52,607 nucleotides of DNA, taken from positions 1-52,607 of IMG/VR virus record IMGVR_UViG_3300036861_000357. One strand, 5' to 3'. Below, in pieces: positions 36,680 to 45,895 of the stretch. This DNA comes from a virus (taxonomy: Duplodnaviria > Caudoviricetes). Within the stretch, counting starts at the first letter, position 1. Each line of letters begins with the position of its first letter. A model generated the notes under the pieces. That model was not told where the DNA came from. It saw only the letters and a list, made by a program, of their open reading frames with translations, and ran no database searches. A program made the translations under genes and the position numbers.

Positions 36680-39600
36680 TTAGACAGCCTTTAACTGGTC
36701 AAACTCGATCTCATCCAAGAGTTCGTCGAGGTCTTCGTCGTACTCATCGATTGGGATGAAATCTTCGCGTAGGCCAGTTTCCCCTTGCGCCGCTCGGTCG
36801 AAGTCGGCTAGTCTCGGCTCCGTGAGCTTAGCCAGGTCGAAGTGCTTGGTCATTCCTTCGAGGTTCGCATGAGAGTCGAACACCGCCCAGTTCCTCCCTA
36901 CCTTGACATCGACACCCATCTGGAGATGCGATCCCAGACCCCATTCCGGCGGGCATGGCTGTTCTTCGATGGGTCTAGTCATTGCCGAGCGGAGCTTCTC
37001 GATTACTACTTCTACTCTCGCTGTGGGCACTTCAAGCAAGAGGGAATCGTGGATCAAGGCCCGCAGGGGGGTCTTCCCGTAGAACTCCTCGCCAATGAAG
37101 TTTGGATGATCCGGATCGAATAGCTCCAGCATCGCTTCCTTGATGACACCGGCCGCGACCGACTGCTGGAAGAAGGCCACGCACCGCTTTCCATCCTCCC
37201 CCAGGCCCACCTTGAAGTTCTTGCCCGCGATCTTGACGATCTGCGAGGCCCTCGTCATTCCCTTGACCGGGCGGTATTCGAGGACGTTGTAGAAGTAGTG
37301 CCGGTAGCCGTAGGGGTGGAAGCCAGGGAGGGGGTTGTAGCGGGCGTTGTCGATCTTGCCCCCGAGGATCCGGTAGCGGGCGGCGTGCTCCCGAATCTGG
37401 GCGTGCCACTTCGGCAGCCCCGGCACCACCGAGTAGTAGATGTCCTGGACGCGCTGAGCGATCTTCTCAGTGGGGAAGACGTCGGGGTACTGGAGAACCA
37501 TCCCGCGGACGGTGAGCCCGTTGTTGTTCCCGTTCACCGCGCACTTGACCTGCTTGTAGGTGGCCTCTTGGTTGGTCTTGATCTCCTCGAAGTAAGCCTT
37601 CAGGTCCGGGTCCGACCACTTCAGGTCCGCCGGCCGACCGATCGCGACCGAGGTGACGAAGGCGTGAATGGAGAGCTTCGAGAGCCTGATGTAGTTCGGG
37701 TCCCCAATGTACCAGCCGACCTCGGTGGGCTCCATCGCGTTGTAGTCGGCCTCGACCAGGAGGCAGCCGGGGGACGCCTCCACGCACAGGCGGAAGCCGG
37801 CGGCGGGGTTCTTCTCCTCCTTCTTCCCAGCCTCGGTGATGATCGCGCGATCGGCGACGACGTTCTGGAAGTTCGGGGTCTGGGAGGTCCGGGCGGTCGA
37901 GGGAGCGTGCGTGGTGGTGCAATGGAGCCGGTGATCCTGCTGCGACCGCGGGTCCTCGGCGAGGCGCTTCTGGGTCCCCACCGCGTAGGTCCGCCAGACC
38001 TTGTCGATGATCCGGATCTCCCGGAGGCGAGGGTAGAGCGGGTCGCGCGTGGTCTTGATGAGGTGGGTGATGGTGTCCTTGTTCGAGGAATCCTTCTTGC
38101 TCTTCTTGTCCTTCTTGGGGACGTGCCCGCGGAACCTGATATAGGCCAGCACCTGTGGCGGTGACCCGGGGTTGAAGGACTCCCTCCGGTAGAACCTCTG
38201 GACCTCCCGCTCCGCCATCACCACCCGCGCGGTAAGACCACGGTCCTCGCAGCGGTGCGTCTTGGAGATCTGCTCGGCCCCGCAGGTCTCGCAGACTTGG
38301 ACGAGGGTGGTGACGACGCGCTCCAAGACATCGGGCTCGGGCGAGCCGTCGTCGAGGAGCGGGCGCTTCTTCAGCCCACCATCCGCGTTCCGGGTTGCCC
38401 AAGCGGTCATCAGTTCCTCGGGGACGATGGCCTGGATCTCGGTATTGATCCGCTTGTGCTTCTCCTCTAGCGACGCGGTGAACTCCTTGAGCCGCTCCTC
38501 GTTGATGTTGATCCCCACCTCCTCCGCCGGCCAGAAGGCCCTCTTGTCTAGGAGGTAGACGTGGCGGTAGTAGGGGGTCTCCCAGAGCCCGAGGCGCTGG
38601 AGCTTGTCTGCGATCCAGAAGCCTATCCGGAGGGTCCTGGGGCCGTCGTTGGCGGCGTACCAGACCGGGTCGGTATGGGCGCGGTGCTTCCAAGGCTCTA
38701 GCCTTGGGGAGACGAAAGGGGAAATGAAGCCCAGCCCCCGTGGGAGGTCGGACTGGTAGCGCTTCCACATCCACATCGAGTCGAAGACCGGCCCCCGGAC
38801 CTCGTGGCCGGCGTGTCGTAGGCGAGGGATATCGTAGGGACCGTTGTGGAAGAGCTTGACCCCCCGCGAGGCGAGCACCTTGGTGATGAGCGGGACATAG
38901 GGGCCGGAGTGTGGGACGGTGATCCCCTGGTCAGGGTGGCAGGCGAAGTTGACCCGGATGATGTGCCACGACTTGGCCTCGCGCGACTTGATCTCGCCCT
39001 CGTCGGTCTGCCGCTCCTTGTCTGGGGTCTCGACGTCCACCGCCAGCCAGGTCTCGTCCATATCCGCAGAGAGATAGGAATCGACCCACTCCTCGAACCA
39101 CTCGATCGGGGGGTCGAGGACGAGGTCGAGTTCCTCGCGCTCGAAGCCGTGCTGAGCGATCTCGAAGGCGTGCTGGAGGTCCCAGGACGAGGTCCCGATC
39201 AGGTTGAACGCACCGCGGGATATGTGCGATGGATGGAAGGTGGGGACGACCCAGAAGCGGTCGGAGGGGTCCCGGTTGACGGTGCCGTGGAAGTCCTGGA
39301 CCCTTACCCCAGAGCCGCTCGGATAATCGAGGAGCCAGCGGAGCGGGATCCCCCCGAGCGTCACCACCACCTTGTCCTTGGCCCCAGGTGGAGTGTCGGC
39401 CAGCCAGCGGTCGAGAGCGGGCTGCCAATGGCGCGTGCGGCAGGTCGTGATCGCCTCGGACTCGTAGACGGCGCCGTCGAGGATGTTGTTGGGGGGCCGG
39501 CACCAGAGGGTATTCATGATGAGGTGCGACTCCCGGGTGATCGAGTTCATCCGGAAGACCCTGTTTAGTAGGGAGCCGGCGCGCCCGCGGAAGGGCTCGG

Positions 39601-39757
39601 AGAGGTAGACCTCGTCCTCGCCAGCCGCCTCGCCAAGGAAGAGGATGCGCGAGGAGGTGGGGCCGAGCTTGGGGACGAACCCGGTGGGGGAACCATAGGG
39701 CTCTCGGTAGAGGACGCAGGAGGAACACAACGCGGGAGGTTTTGGGGTGACGGGCAC
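36680..39757 (-). CDS. polA: family A DNA polymerase with N-terminal family-4-like uracil-DNA glycosylase domain and 3'-5' exonuclease
   Basis: UDG motifs CxxC, LGEAAG, PFRG, WCRP, TFHPS; exonuclease motifs VDVET, FHN.PYD, YAAND; polymerase motifs EADY..ME and LIHDSL. Confidence 0.92.
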   Translation of the reverse strand: MPVTPKPPALCSSCVLYREPYGSPTGFVPKLGPTSSRILFLGEAAGEDEVYLSEPFRGRAGSLLNRVFRMNSITRESHLIMNTLWCRPPNNILDGAVYESEAITTCRTRHWQPALDRWLADTPPGAKDKVVVTLGGIPLRWLLDYPSGSGVRVQDFHGTVNRDPSDRFWVVPTFHPSHISRGAFNLIGTSSWDLQHAFEIAQHGFEREELDLVLDPPIEWFEEWVDSYLSADMDETWLAVDVETPDKERQTDEGEIKSREAKSWHIIRVNFACHPDQGITVPHSGPYVPLITKVLASRGVKLFHNGPYDIPRLRHAGHEVRGPVFDSMWMWKRYQSDLPRGLGFISPFVSPRLEPWKHRAHTDPVWYAANDGPRTLRIGFWIADKLQRLGLWETPYYRHVYLLDKRAFWPAEEVGININEERLKEFTASLEEKHKRINTEIQAIVPEELMTAWATRNADGGLKKRPLLDDGSPEPDVLERVVTTLVQVCETCGAEQISKTHRCEDRGLTARVVMAEREVQRFYRRESFNPGSPPQVLAYIRFRGHVPKKDKKSKKDSSNKDTITHLIKTTRDPLYPRLREIRIIDKVWRTYAVGTQKRLAEDPRSQQDHRLHCTTTHAPSTARTSQTPNFQNVVADRAIITEAGKKEEKNPAAGFRLCVEASPGCLLVEADYNAMEPTEVGWYIGDPNYIRLSKLSIHAFVTSVAIGRPADLKWSDPDLKAYFEEIKTNQEATYKQVKCAVNGNNNGLTVRGMVLQYPDVFPTEKIAQRVQDIYYSVVPGLPKWHAQIREHAARYRILGGKIDNARYNPLPGFHPYGYRHYFYNVLEYRPVKGMTRASQIVKIAGKNFKVGLGEDGKRCVAFFQQSVAAGVIKEAMLELFDPDHPNFIGEEFYGKTPLRALIHDSLLLEVPTARVEVVIEKLRSAMTRPIEEQPCPPEWGLGSHLQMGVDVKVGRNWAVFDSHANLEGMTKHFDLAKLTEPRLADFDRAAQGETGLREDFIPIDEYDEDLDELLDEIEFDQLKAV

Positions 39758-39766
39758 GAGAGCTTT

Positions 39767-40030
39767 CTAGCTCCCCTCTTCCTTCGGCGGGTCCTCGATC
39801 TCGATTCCCCGCAGCCGGAGCCACTCCGCCACACGGACCGCGTTTTTCCTGAGCAGGCGCGAGGTCCCCTTGCGCCGTACGAACCGCCAGAAGGTCGTGG
39901 GCTCGATCCCGAGGAAGTGGGCGAGAAGAGAGATCCGAGGCGTCATCCCGCAGGAGGGGCAGGGAAGTTGGAGTTGAAGGCGAACCTGAGTGCGGAGTCG
40001 GTCTTCATAAGGCTTCTCAGGCTTTGGCAC
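39767..40030 (-). CDS. small HTH-like protein with CxxC
   Basis: CPSCG, ISLLAHFLGIEPTTFWRF; GAGGAGG SD. Confidence 0.6.
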   Translation of the reverse strand: MPKPEKPYEDRLRTQVRLQLQLPCPSCGMTPRISLLAHFLGIEPTTFWRFVRRKGTSRLLRKNAVRVAEWLRLRGIEIEDPPKEEGS

Positions 40031-40430
40031 CAGCCATCCTCCTCATCACACCTTCTGCTCGACTCCAAAAGCGCCCCTCCCCAGCGCGGCGGAGCCAGCG
40101 AAGAGCGCGTTGGCGTGTCCTAAGCCTGATACTGAAAAGGTTATCGGTGTCGCTGATAGGAAAGCTGGTCCAACCCCCCCACCACCCGTGGAGACCGATC
40201 CGCGTGAAGTTCCTCGGGGGATGCCACTGCCGCGGGTCCAAGTACGTCACCAATGGAAGGCGGTAGGCCAAAATTTCAAGTGGGAGGCAGAAGCGTTCTG
40301 AGCCAGGTAGTTCCCCGCCTTCGGACACTTCAATGATCTCTCCCCGGTATAAGACCAGGTGAAATGAACGATCGCCACGCCAAGGGCGATCAAGGAATTC
40401 ATCCATGAATGCCTTGTCGATCAGGGTCAT
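40017..40430 (-). CDS. hypothetical protein
   Basis: ORF filling the operon; lower GC. Confidence 0.55.
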   Translation of the reverse strand: MTLIDKAFMDEFLDRPWRGDRSFHLVLYRGEIIEVSEGGELPGSERFCLPLEILAYRLPLVTYLDPRQWHPPRNFTRIGLHGWWGGWTSFPISDTDNLFSIRLRTRQRALRWLRRAGEGRFWSRAEGVMRRMAGAKA

Positions 40431-40442
40431 TTGGACACCGGG

Positions 40443-40703
40443 TCAATCACAGTCCCCGAACTCCCTGTTCCCCTTGAAGCGCCCGTGCCAGATGTTCTCT
40501 ATTGCCCTCCGCTGCGCGGCGCTCGCGTACTTGCGCTCGTGGACGGTGTCGTAGATCCCGGTGAGGGTCTCGCCGGCCCACTCGAAGGAGCCGCAGGAGC
40601 GCATCCACTCGATGATGTCGAGGAGTTCCTGGGCCGCCTCCCCGTCCACGGTCGAGGGGGAAGAAGAGCCGGCGCCGTCGAGGTCGTCAAAGCGCCGAGG
40701 CAT
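40443..40703 (-). CDS. hypothetical protein
   Basis: AAGG SD; S..Q..AIENI pattern. Confidence 0.65.
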   Translation of the reverse strand: MPRRFDDLDGAGSSSPSTVDGEAAQELLDIIEWMRSCGSFEWAGETLTGIYDTVHERKYASAAQRRAIENIWHGRFKGNREFGDCD

Positions 40704-40732
40704 TGGTCTCGCCTTCCTTGTTCAACGGGCAC

Positions 40733-41140
40733 TCACCCGCAGACCCTCACCCTGATCTTCGCCTGGTCGCAGAGGTTTACCATGTTCCAGGTCCCTTTGC
40801 TCTCGGGGAGCGGGAAGGCGAGGCAGAGGTCGATCGGATCTTGCCTCTCGGGGTGGTGCTCCTCCTTCAGCATCCTGGAGTTCCGGTTGCCTCCGGCCTC
40901 GGGCCACGGACCGTCCTTGGCCTCGTCCACCGGGTAGGGACGTACCTCCCAGCCGAACTTCCTGGCAGCCTCGTCCACGAGGGCGTCCGCGCCCCGTGCG
41001 CCCCCATGGATGATGATGATGGGCAAGGACGCCCCCTCAGTGGCGCCGAGGAGGGACCCGCGGATGAAAGCCCTGGAGAAGATCGTGTCCTTCCACGCGC
41101 GGGAGCCGGTGCAGAGGATCTTCACAGCGCGATCAACCAT
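40733..41140 (-). CDS. SLOG superfamily (DUF2493/YspA-like) protein
   Basis: ILCTGSR, IIHGGARGAD, AG..RN..ML, LAFP, SKGTWNM. Confidence 0.85.
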   Translation of the reverse strand: MVDRAVKILCTGSRAWKDTIFSRAFIRGSLLGATEGASLPIIIIHGGARGADALVDEAARKFGWEVRPYPVDEAKDGPWPEAGGNRNSRMLKEEHHPERQDPIDLCLAFPLPESKGTWNMVNLCDQAKIRVRVCG

Positions 41141-41215
41141 TCGAGGTTGGGGTTGGTGGCGCCGATTATTTCTAGGATCCGGCAGCGCCAGTATAGGTGG
41201 CGGGCGTAGGCGATC

Positions 41216-41464
41216 TCAATCACTACCCTGCTCCGGTGGCTTGCCGGCAGCGAGTTCACGCTCTCGGGACGCCTTTCGGGACGCGAACTTCTCGCCTTCC
41301 CTAGGCTCAGGCACCTGGTCCTTGGGATAGACCTTGATGAGCCCGGCTTCCACGAAGCTCGCTTCCGTCCCGAGGAGGTAGCCCGGGTCCTTCAGGTAGA
41401 AGGGCTGCCCACCGACGTGGACCACCGTCATCTCCTCCACCCGAACCGAGATCAGCTTTTCCAT
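41216..41464 (-). CDS. hypothetical protein
   Basis: AAGGA SD; typical codon usage. Confidence 0.6.
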   Translation of the reverse strand: MEKLISVRVEEMTVVHVGGQPFYLKDPGYLLGTEASFVEAGLIKVYPKDQVPEPREGEKFASRKASRERELAAGKPPEQGSD

Positions 41465-41478
41465 ACCGTCATCCTTTC

Positions 41479-42258
41479 CTAGAGCGCGAGGAGATCCTTC
41501 GCGAGCCTCTTGAGCGAGAATCCCTGTGGTGATCGCTTGTCCTCCCCAACGTAGTCCTCTTCCAGGATCGCGTATGCTTCGTCACAGTAGCGATCGACCC
41601 AGGCCCAGGTCGCCTTCTGGAGGGCGCCCCAGGTAACGAAGGTGACTCCCCCGGAGTCGTAGTCCACCACGTTCATCGCGTGGCCGCCCCACGAGCCGGG
41701 GACGGCCGCTGGCCCCTCCCCGACGTCCCACAACTTCTGGCCCTGCGCGGAGACGGGGAGGTTAGCCCCGATGTAGATGCCACCGAAGAGGAAGTGGGCG
41801 GTGCGGAGTTGATCGTGGTTGGTTGGGTCCACGGAGACGTAGGCGTAGATCCTGTTCCTGATCGTTGGCCCGTTGAGTATCATCCCCTCTTTCCTCATCG
41901 CGTTGAGGACGTCGAGCATGGCCGCCCCCTCGTCCACCCCACCGTTGACCTTGTTGTACATCTCGACCACGGCTTCGTCATCCGGCTCCCATGGGACGAG
42001 GCCGTAGACGGTCCAGGTCTGGAACATGTGGCCGATCGCGGCGCACGTGCAGTCGCCGAGGATGTCGTTACGCATCATCCTGAGGAGCGGGAATGTCTTG
42101 AGGGTCTTCTTGGAGAGGTTGTGCCGGCGCGGGATGACCGGGACCCTCCGCTTCTCGATGTAGCGCGCGAGGCGGAGGGTGCGGCGGTCGAACTTGGCCG
42201 CCTTCTTGCCCAGGAGCCGGCCGGGGACGATGACGGCGGGGGTGGCTTCGGTGGACAT
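41479..42258 (-). CDS. papain-like (C1) cysteine peptidase
   Basis: ND.LGDCTCAA catalytic Cys, GGHAM His, VTWG. Confidence 0.8.
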   Translation of the reverse strand: MSTEATPAVIVPGRLLGKKAAKFDRRTLRLARYIEKRRVPVIPRRHNLSKKTLKTFPLLRMMRNDILGDCTCAAIGHMFQTWTVYGLVPWEPDDEAVVEMYNKVNGGVDEGAAMLDVLNAMRKEGMILNGPTIRNRIYAYVSVDPTNHDQLRTAHFLFGGIYIGANLPVSAQGQKLWDVGEGPAAVPGSWGGHAMNVVDYDSGGVTFVTWGALQKATWAWVDRYCDEAYAILEEDYVGEDKRSPQGFSLKRLAKDLLAL

Positions 42259-42263
42259 CGCGA

Positions 42264-42749
42264 TCACTCCTTCTTGTCTATGGGCTCCGCGTCGATCACG
42301 TCTCCGTGGCCGAGCAGCCTGATCTCGGGGGTGCCGCCCTTGAGCGCTTCGACCACCTGGCCGCGGATCTGCTCGGAGACCGTGCGCCCGTTGGGGAGGA
42401 CGATCTGGGCCAGGAAGGCGTCGTCGAAAATCTCGACCCCGTTGGCGACGCCTTCGAGCTTGCCCTTGATGCAGAGCAGGAGGGCGCGCCAGCGGCGGCG
42501 GACCTCAGTCTCCTGCTGCTCGACTGCGGTAAGGGAGCGGTTGTAGCGCAGCCGCCGGTCCTGGAACTTCTTGACTTCGGGGATCGGGATGCGGAACAGG
42601 ATACGCCGGTCCCGGGCTTGGAACATGATGCAGGCTTCGCGCGCGCCCATCATGTACCCGAACTCGGCTCCACCGTGCCTGTTGACCAGCTTCTCTATCT
42701 GGGCTCGGGAGCGCTCGACGGGAACGGAGGTTTTGGCGGCGTAAGGCAT
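42264..42749 (-). CDS. conserved phage hypothetical protein
   Basis: YA..TSVPVERS..QIE, WRALLL.IK.KLE, AFL..IVLP.G.TV motifs. Confidence 0.75.
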   Translation of the reverse strand: MPYAAKTSVPVERSRAQIEKLVNRHGGAEFGYMMGAREACIMFQARDRRILFRIPIPEVKKFQDRRLRYNRSLTAVEQQETEVRRRWRALLLCIKGKLEGVANGVEIFDDAFLAQIVLPNGRTVSEQIRGQVVEALKGGTPEIRLLGHGDVIDAEPIDKKE

Positions 42750-42869
42750 TCAGCACCTTCCACAGAAATAGCCTTGCAAGTACAAAACGAAGAGGAGCCC
42801 GAGGGCGAGAAGCGCGACCACCCCCCAGGAGAAGACGAAGAGGAGGAGGGCCTTGGTCTTATCCTTCAT
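42750..42869 (-). CDS. 39-aa membrane peptide (not in ORF track)
   Basis: MKDKTKALLLFVFSWGVVALLALGLLFVLYLQGYFCGRC fills the gap between genes. Confidence 0.45.
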   Translation of the reverse strand: MKDKTKALLLFVFSWGVVALLALGLLFVLYLQGYFCGRC

Positions 42870-43170
42870 CCCTGCGCCTCGTATAGGAGAGTCTCCCCGT
42901 CCTCAAGTAGGACATCACGCACTCGAATTGCATGAAGCGGATCCACGCGGTTGGGTAGGGGCGGTTGTCGAAGTAGATCGAAGGCTCGTATCGAAGAGCA
43001 ATGTCGAGTTCTTCTGCGGAGCGGATTCTCTCTCCCCGGCAGGTCTTCTTCTTCCGCCGCCCGCGCAACTTGAAGCGGAGGGGGATCTGGTTGGGGGTGT
43101 CCCGCTGCCGCCTCGCATAGCCAACGGGATCGTAGAGGACGATCGCGGTGGTGGCGGTGGCGGTGGTCAT
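42859..43170 (-). CDS. hypothetical protein
   Basis: start refined to MTTATATT with ATGA coupling. Confidence 0.55.
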   Translation of the reverse strand: MTTATATTAIVLYDPVGYARRQRDTPNQIPLRFKLRGRRKKKTCRGERIRSAEELDIALRYEPSIYFDNRPYPTAWIRFMQFECVMSYLRTGRLSYTRRRDEG

Positions 43171-43448
43171 TGGTTCCACGCCGCGTCCACCTCCACCCAC
43201 CCGCTCGGGTTCCTCCGCAGTTCCAACCCCAGCGCCCGCGCCGCCAGCACGCAGGGGCAGCCGAAGTGGTGCCCGAAGTCGGTCTTCTCGTCCTCGCCTG
43301 GGAGGAAGTAGGCGGTGTCCGGTCCCTGCCCTCCGCAGATGCACTCGGCCTCGACGATCGCGTTGAGGGCCGCCCGGTAGCGCTGGTAGAGGATCCTCAT
43401 CTCGATCGGGTTGGTGGCACGGACGATCGGCTTCCTCTTCTTCCCCAT
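43167..43448 (-). CDS. hypothetical protein (CIC..HH..C.C)
   Basis: ORF between the helicase and the next gene; start uncertain. Confidence 0.55.
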   Translation of the reverse strand: MGKKRKPIVRATNPIEMRILYQRYRAALNAIVEAECICGGQGPDTAYFLPGEDEKTDFGHHFGCPCVLAARALGLELRRNPSGWVEVDAAWNQ

Positions 43449-43469
43449 CTTCTTCGTGGTGGTCCCCAA

Positions 43470-44780
43470 TCAGAGCCACCTCTCCACCCGTGGGTCGGCC
43501 CGGCACCTCTCGACGAAGACCTCGGGGGTGCCTACCAGCCGGAGGCCCTCGGCGCTCCTGGCTCGGCTCAATGCCACGTAGAGGCTCCCGGGGTTGGAGA
43601 AGAAGTGGTGCTGGTAGGCGACCTGCACCTTGTCGAGGCTGAGTCCCTGGCTCTTGTGGACGGTGCAGGCCCACGCGAGCCGGAGGGGGGTGTACTCGAC
43701 CCAGCCCTCGACCGTGAACTTCTCCTTCCTCACTCCGAGGGCGCCGGTGGGGACGAGGAACTCCCTCCGGACCTGGACCACCGGCGTCACCTGGCCCGTC
43801 CTCTGGAGCCTCACCAGGGCGACCTGGCTGGCCGGCCTCCCGAGTACCGCCTGGGCAAACGCGTTCTCGGCCTCGTCGTAGCCCTCAAAGGTGCCGAGAT
43901 CCCCGTTGATGTAGGTGTAGTGACGGCTGCCCGGCTCCTTGTAGTTGGAGAGGATCATCACCAGGGCGCCCTCGCGGAGGCGAAGCTCGTCTGGGATATG
44001 CTTCCACTCCCCACGCTGCTTGCCCTCCCGCTTGGCTCGGAAGACGAACTCGTTGCCGCCGAGCAGGTCGTAGCGGAGAGAGTTGAAACGGTCCACCTCA
44101 ACGTTGGTGGCGAGTACGGTGGGACCGTCGAAGCTGTCGTCCTTGGTGGGGTGGAGCCTGGCTCGGAAGTATTCGAGCGCCCCACGCCCGTCCCCTCGCC
44201 GGGCACAGCGGAGGGCTCCGATGAAGTCGGCGTCGTCCTGGCGGCGGGTGCCCGTCATCCGAACCGTGTTCCGCTCGAAGCGCTCCCACACCGGGACCTC
44301 GAAGCAGAAGGGGGCGTCCACGGGGGGAAGCTGGGCGAAGTCCCCCACGAGCGTGAGGTGGATGCGGGGATCGTCGGAGTCGTCGCCGTCCCAGCCCCGG
44401 TCCACGTCCTCGTTGACCTCATCGATGCCCTTGCAGAGGACCACCAACTGGCGCCCGTCCATCATCGACGCCTCGTCCACCACGATCCGGGTGGTGCCGC
44501 CCGAGCGGTATTTGCGGAGCCGGGACTGGAGCCAGCCGTTCGTGTAGTTCTCCTTGAGGCTTCCGTAGTCGAAGTAGCCGATGGCGGCATTGATGGTGGT
44601 GCCGCCTAGATTGATGGCGGCGATCCCGGTGGTGCTCACCAGGAGGGTGCGGTAGTCCGCGTCCTCTTTGGCCTGGAAGGTCTTGCCGCAGCCGGCGGGG
44701 CCACAAATGAACCTGTACGGGGGCTCGGACTCGGAGGGGACCTGCTCGATCTCATCGGCGACCTTGGTCTCTTCGCTCAT
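43470..44780 (-). CDS. PIF1/RecD-like SF1B helicase
   Basis: GPAGCGKT, VVDEASM, GDFAQLPPV, TVHKSQGLSLD, YVALSRAR. Confidence 0.92.
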   Translation of the reverse strand: MSEETKVADEIEQVPSESEPPYRFICGPAGCGKTFQAKEDADYRTLLVSTTGIAAINLGGTTINAAIGYFDYGSLKENYTNGWLQSRLRKYRSGGTTRIVVDEASMMDGRQLVVLCKGIDEVNEDVDRGWDGDDSDDPRIHLTLVGDFAQLPPVDAPFCFEVPVWERFERNTVRMTGTRRQDDADFIGALRCARRGDGRGALEYFRARLHPTKDDSFDGPTVLATNVEVDRFNSLRYDLLGGNEFVFRAKREGKQRGEWKHIPDELRLREGALVMILSNYKEPGSRHYTYINGDLGTFEGYDEAENAFAQAVLGRPASQVALVRLQRTGQVTPVVQVRREFLVPTGALGVRKEKFTVEGWVEYTPLRLAWACTVHKSQGLSLDKVQVAYQHHFFSNPGSLYVALSRARSAEGLRLVGTPEVFVERCRADPRVERWL

Positions 44781-44819
44781 TTCTGATCTCTCTTTTCCTT
44801 CCTCGCTCTTTTTGTGGGT

Positions 44820-44872
44820 GGGGTCCGCGGCCCGGGATGGGACGTCCTGCCTGGGCTCGGGCCGCGGACCCC
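44820..44872. terminator. 15-bp perfect inverted repeat
   Basis: GGGGTCCGCGGCCCG...CGGGCCGCGGACCCC in an intergenic gap. Confidence 0.6.
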
Positions 44873-44918
44873 TTCTCTTCTCTCCTGGCTCGATGGTGCC
44901 TCCTCTCTCCTGGTCCTC

Positions 44919-45845
44919 CTACCTCCGGCGGGCCGGCCGTGGTGCGGCAGGGGCGGCCGGTGCCTGGGGTGGTTGAACGGCCTTGGCCGAGGCGGGTGCC
45001 GGAGCCGGTGGGGCCGGCGTGGGTGTGGCCTCCTCCTGCACTTCGCCGTTCCCCTCGGGCTTGGCTTCTTGGGCGGGCGCCCCCTCGCTGGCCGAGCCAA
45101 AGGGCAGGATCTCGCGGATCTCGGCGAACGCTCCGAGACGCGCGCCGCACAGGCAGTCGAAGCGCTCGACCCAGTCCCCAGCGTGGGCCACGACCTCTCC
45201 GGCGTCGTCGAGCACGTCCTCCTCGTAGCGGGGGAAGAGGATGCTCTTGGAGCCGTCGCGCTTCTTGAAGATCCGGGTGGCATAGCTCCGGCCGCAGCCC
45301 TTCTTGCCCTTCACCACGCCGGCCTCGACCACGTTCCCGGACTCGTCCTCCGTCACCTTGTAGATGTCGTTCTTCGGGTTGCACTTCACCGCCCAGTCGA
45401 GCCGGCCTCGGAAGCGCTGCCCGGAGGCCGCCACCAGCGCCCGTGCCCAGGCCGAGTTGGGCTTGCCCTGGAGCTTCTCGGCCATGTCGGGGACGGTGGC
45501 CTGGATCAGGTAGACCATGGTGTTGGCGACGTTGTCGCCCATTTTCCGGTCGAGGTTGTTCGCGATCCAGCCCACCGGCTTGTTGATGTCCCGCTGCCGG
45601 GGAGCCTTGATGACCACGAGTTCCTGGCCGCCGCGGAAGGTGTAGCTGAATCCCTTGACCCCACCGTCACCCTCGACGTCGTCCCAGTTCTCGTCGGCCA
45701 AGCTGATGGCGGGCAGCCGGAACCCGTACCCCGGCCCCGGCTGTGGCAGGGGCTCCCGCTGAATGATCTGGTCTGCGAGCTTCCTCATGTCCGTGGGGAC
45801 TGGCTCCTCCCCCAGCGTCTCGTGAACTACATCGAATTTCGGCAT
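44919..45845 (-). CDS. hypothetical replication-module protein (possibly ssDNA-binding)
   Basis: GAGGA SD; globular domain with C..C..CLC plus a disordered P/A tail; function inferred from position only. Confidence 0.6.
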   Translation of the reverse strand: MPKFDVVHETLGEEPVPTDMRKLADQIIQREPLPQPGPGYGFRLPAISLADENWDDVEGDGGVKGFSYTFRGGQELVVIKAPRQRDINKPVGWIANNLDRKMGDNVANTMVYLIQATVPDMAEKLQGKPNSAWARALVAASGQRFRGRLDWAVKCNPKNDIYKVTEDESGNVVEAGVVKGKKGCGRSYATRIFKKRDGSKSILFPRYEEDVLDDAGEVVAHAGDWVERFDCLCGARLGAFAEIREILPFGSASEGAPAQEAKPEGNGEVQEEATPTPAPPAPAPASAKAVQPPQAPAAPAAPRPARRR

Positions 45846-45895
45846 CGCTTTCAGTCCTCTCTATTTTTGGTGCGGTACTGCTCTGAGTAAAACGA

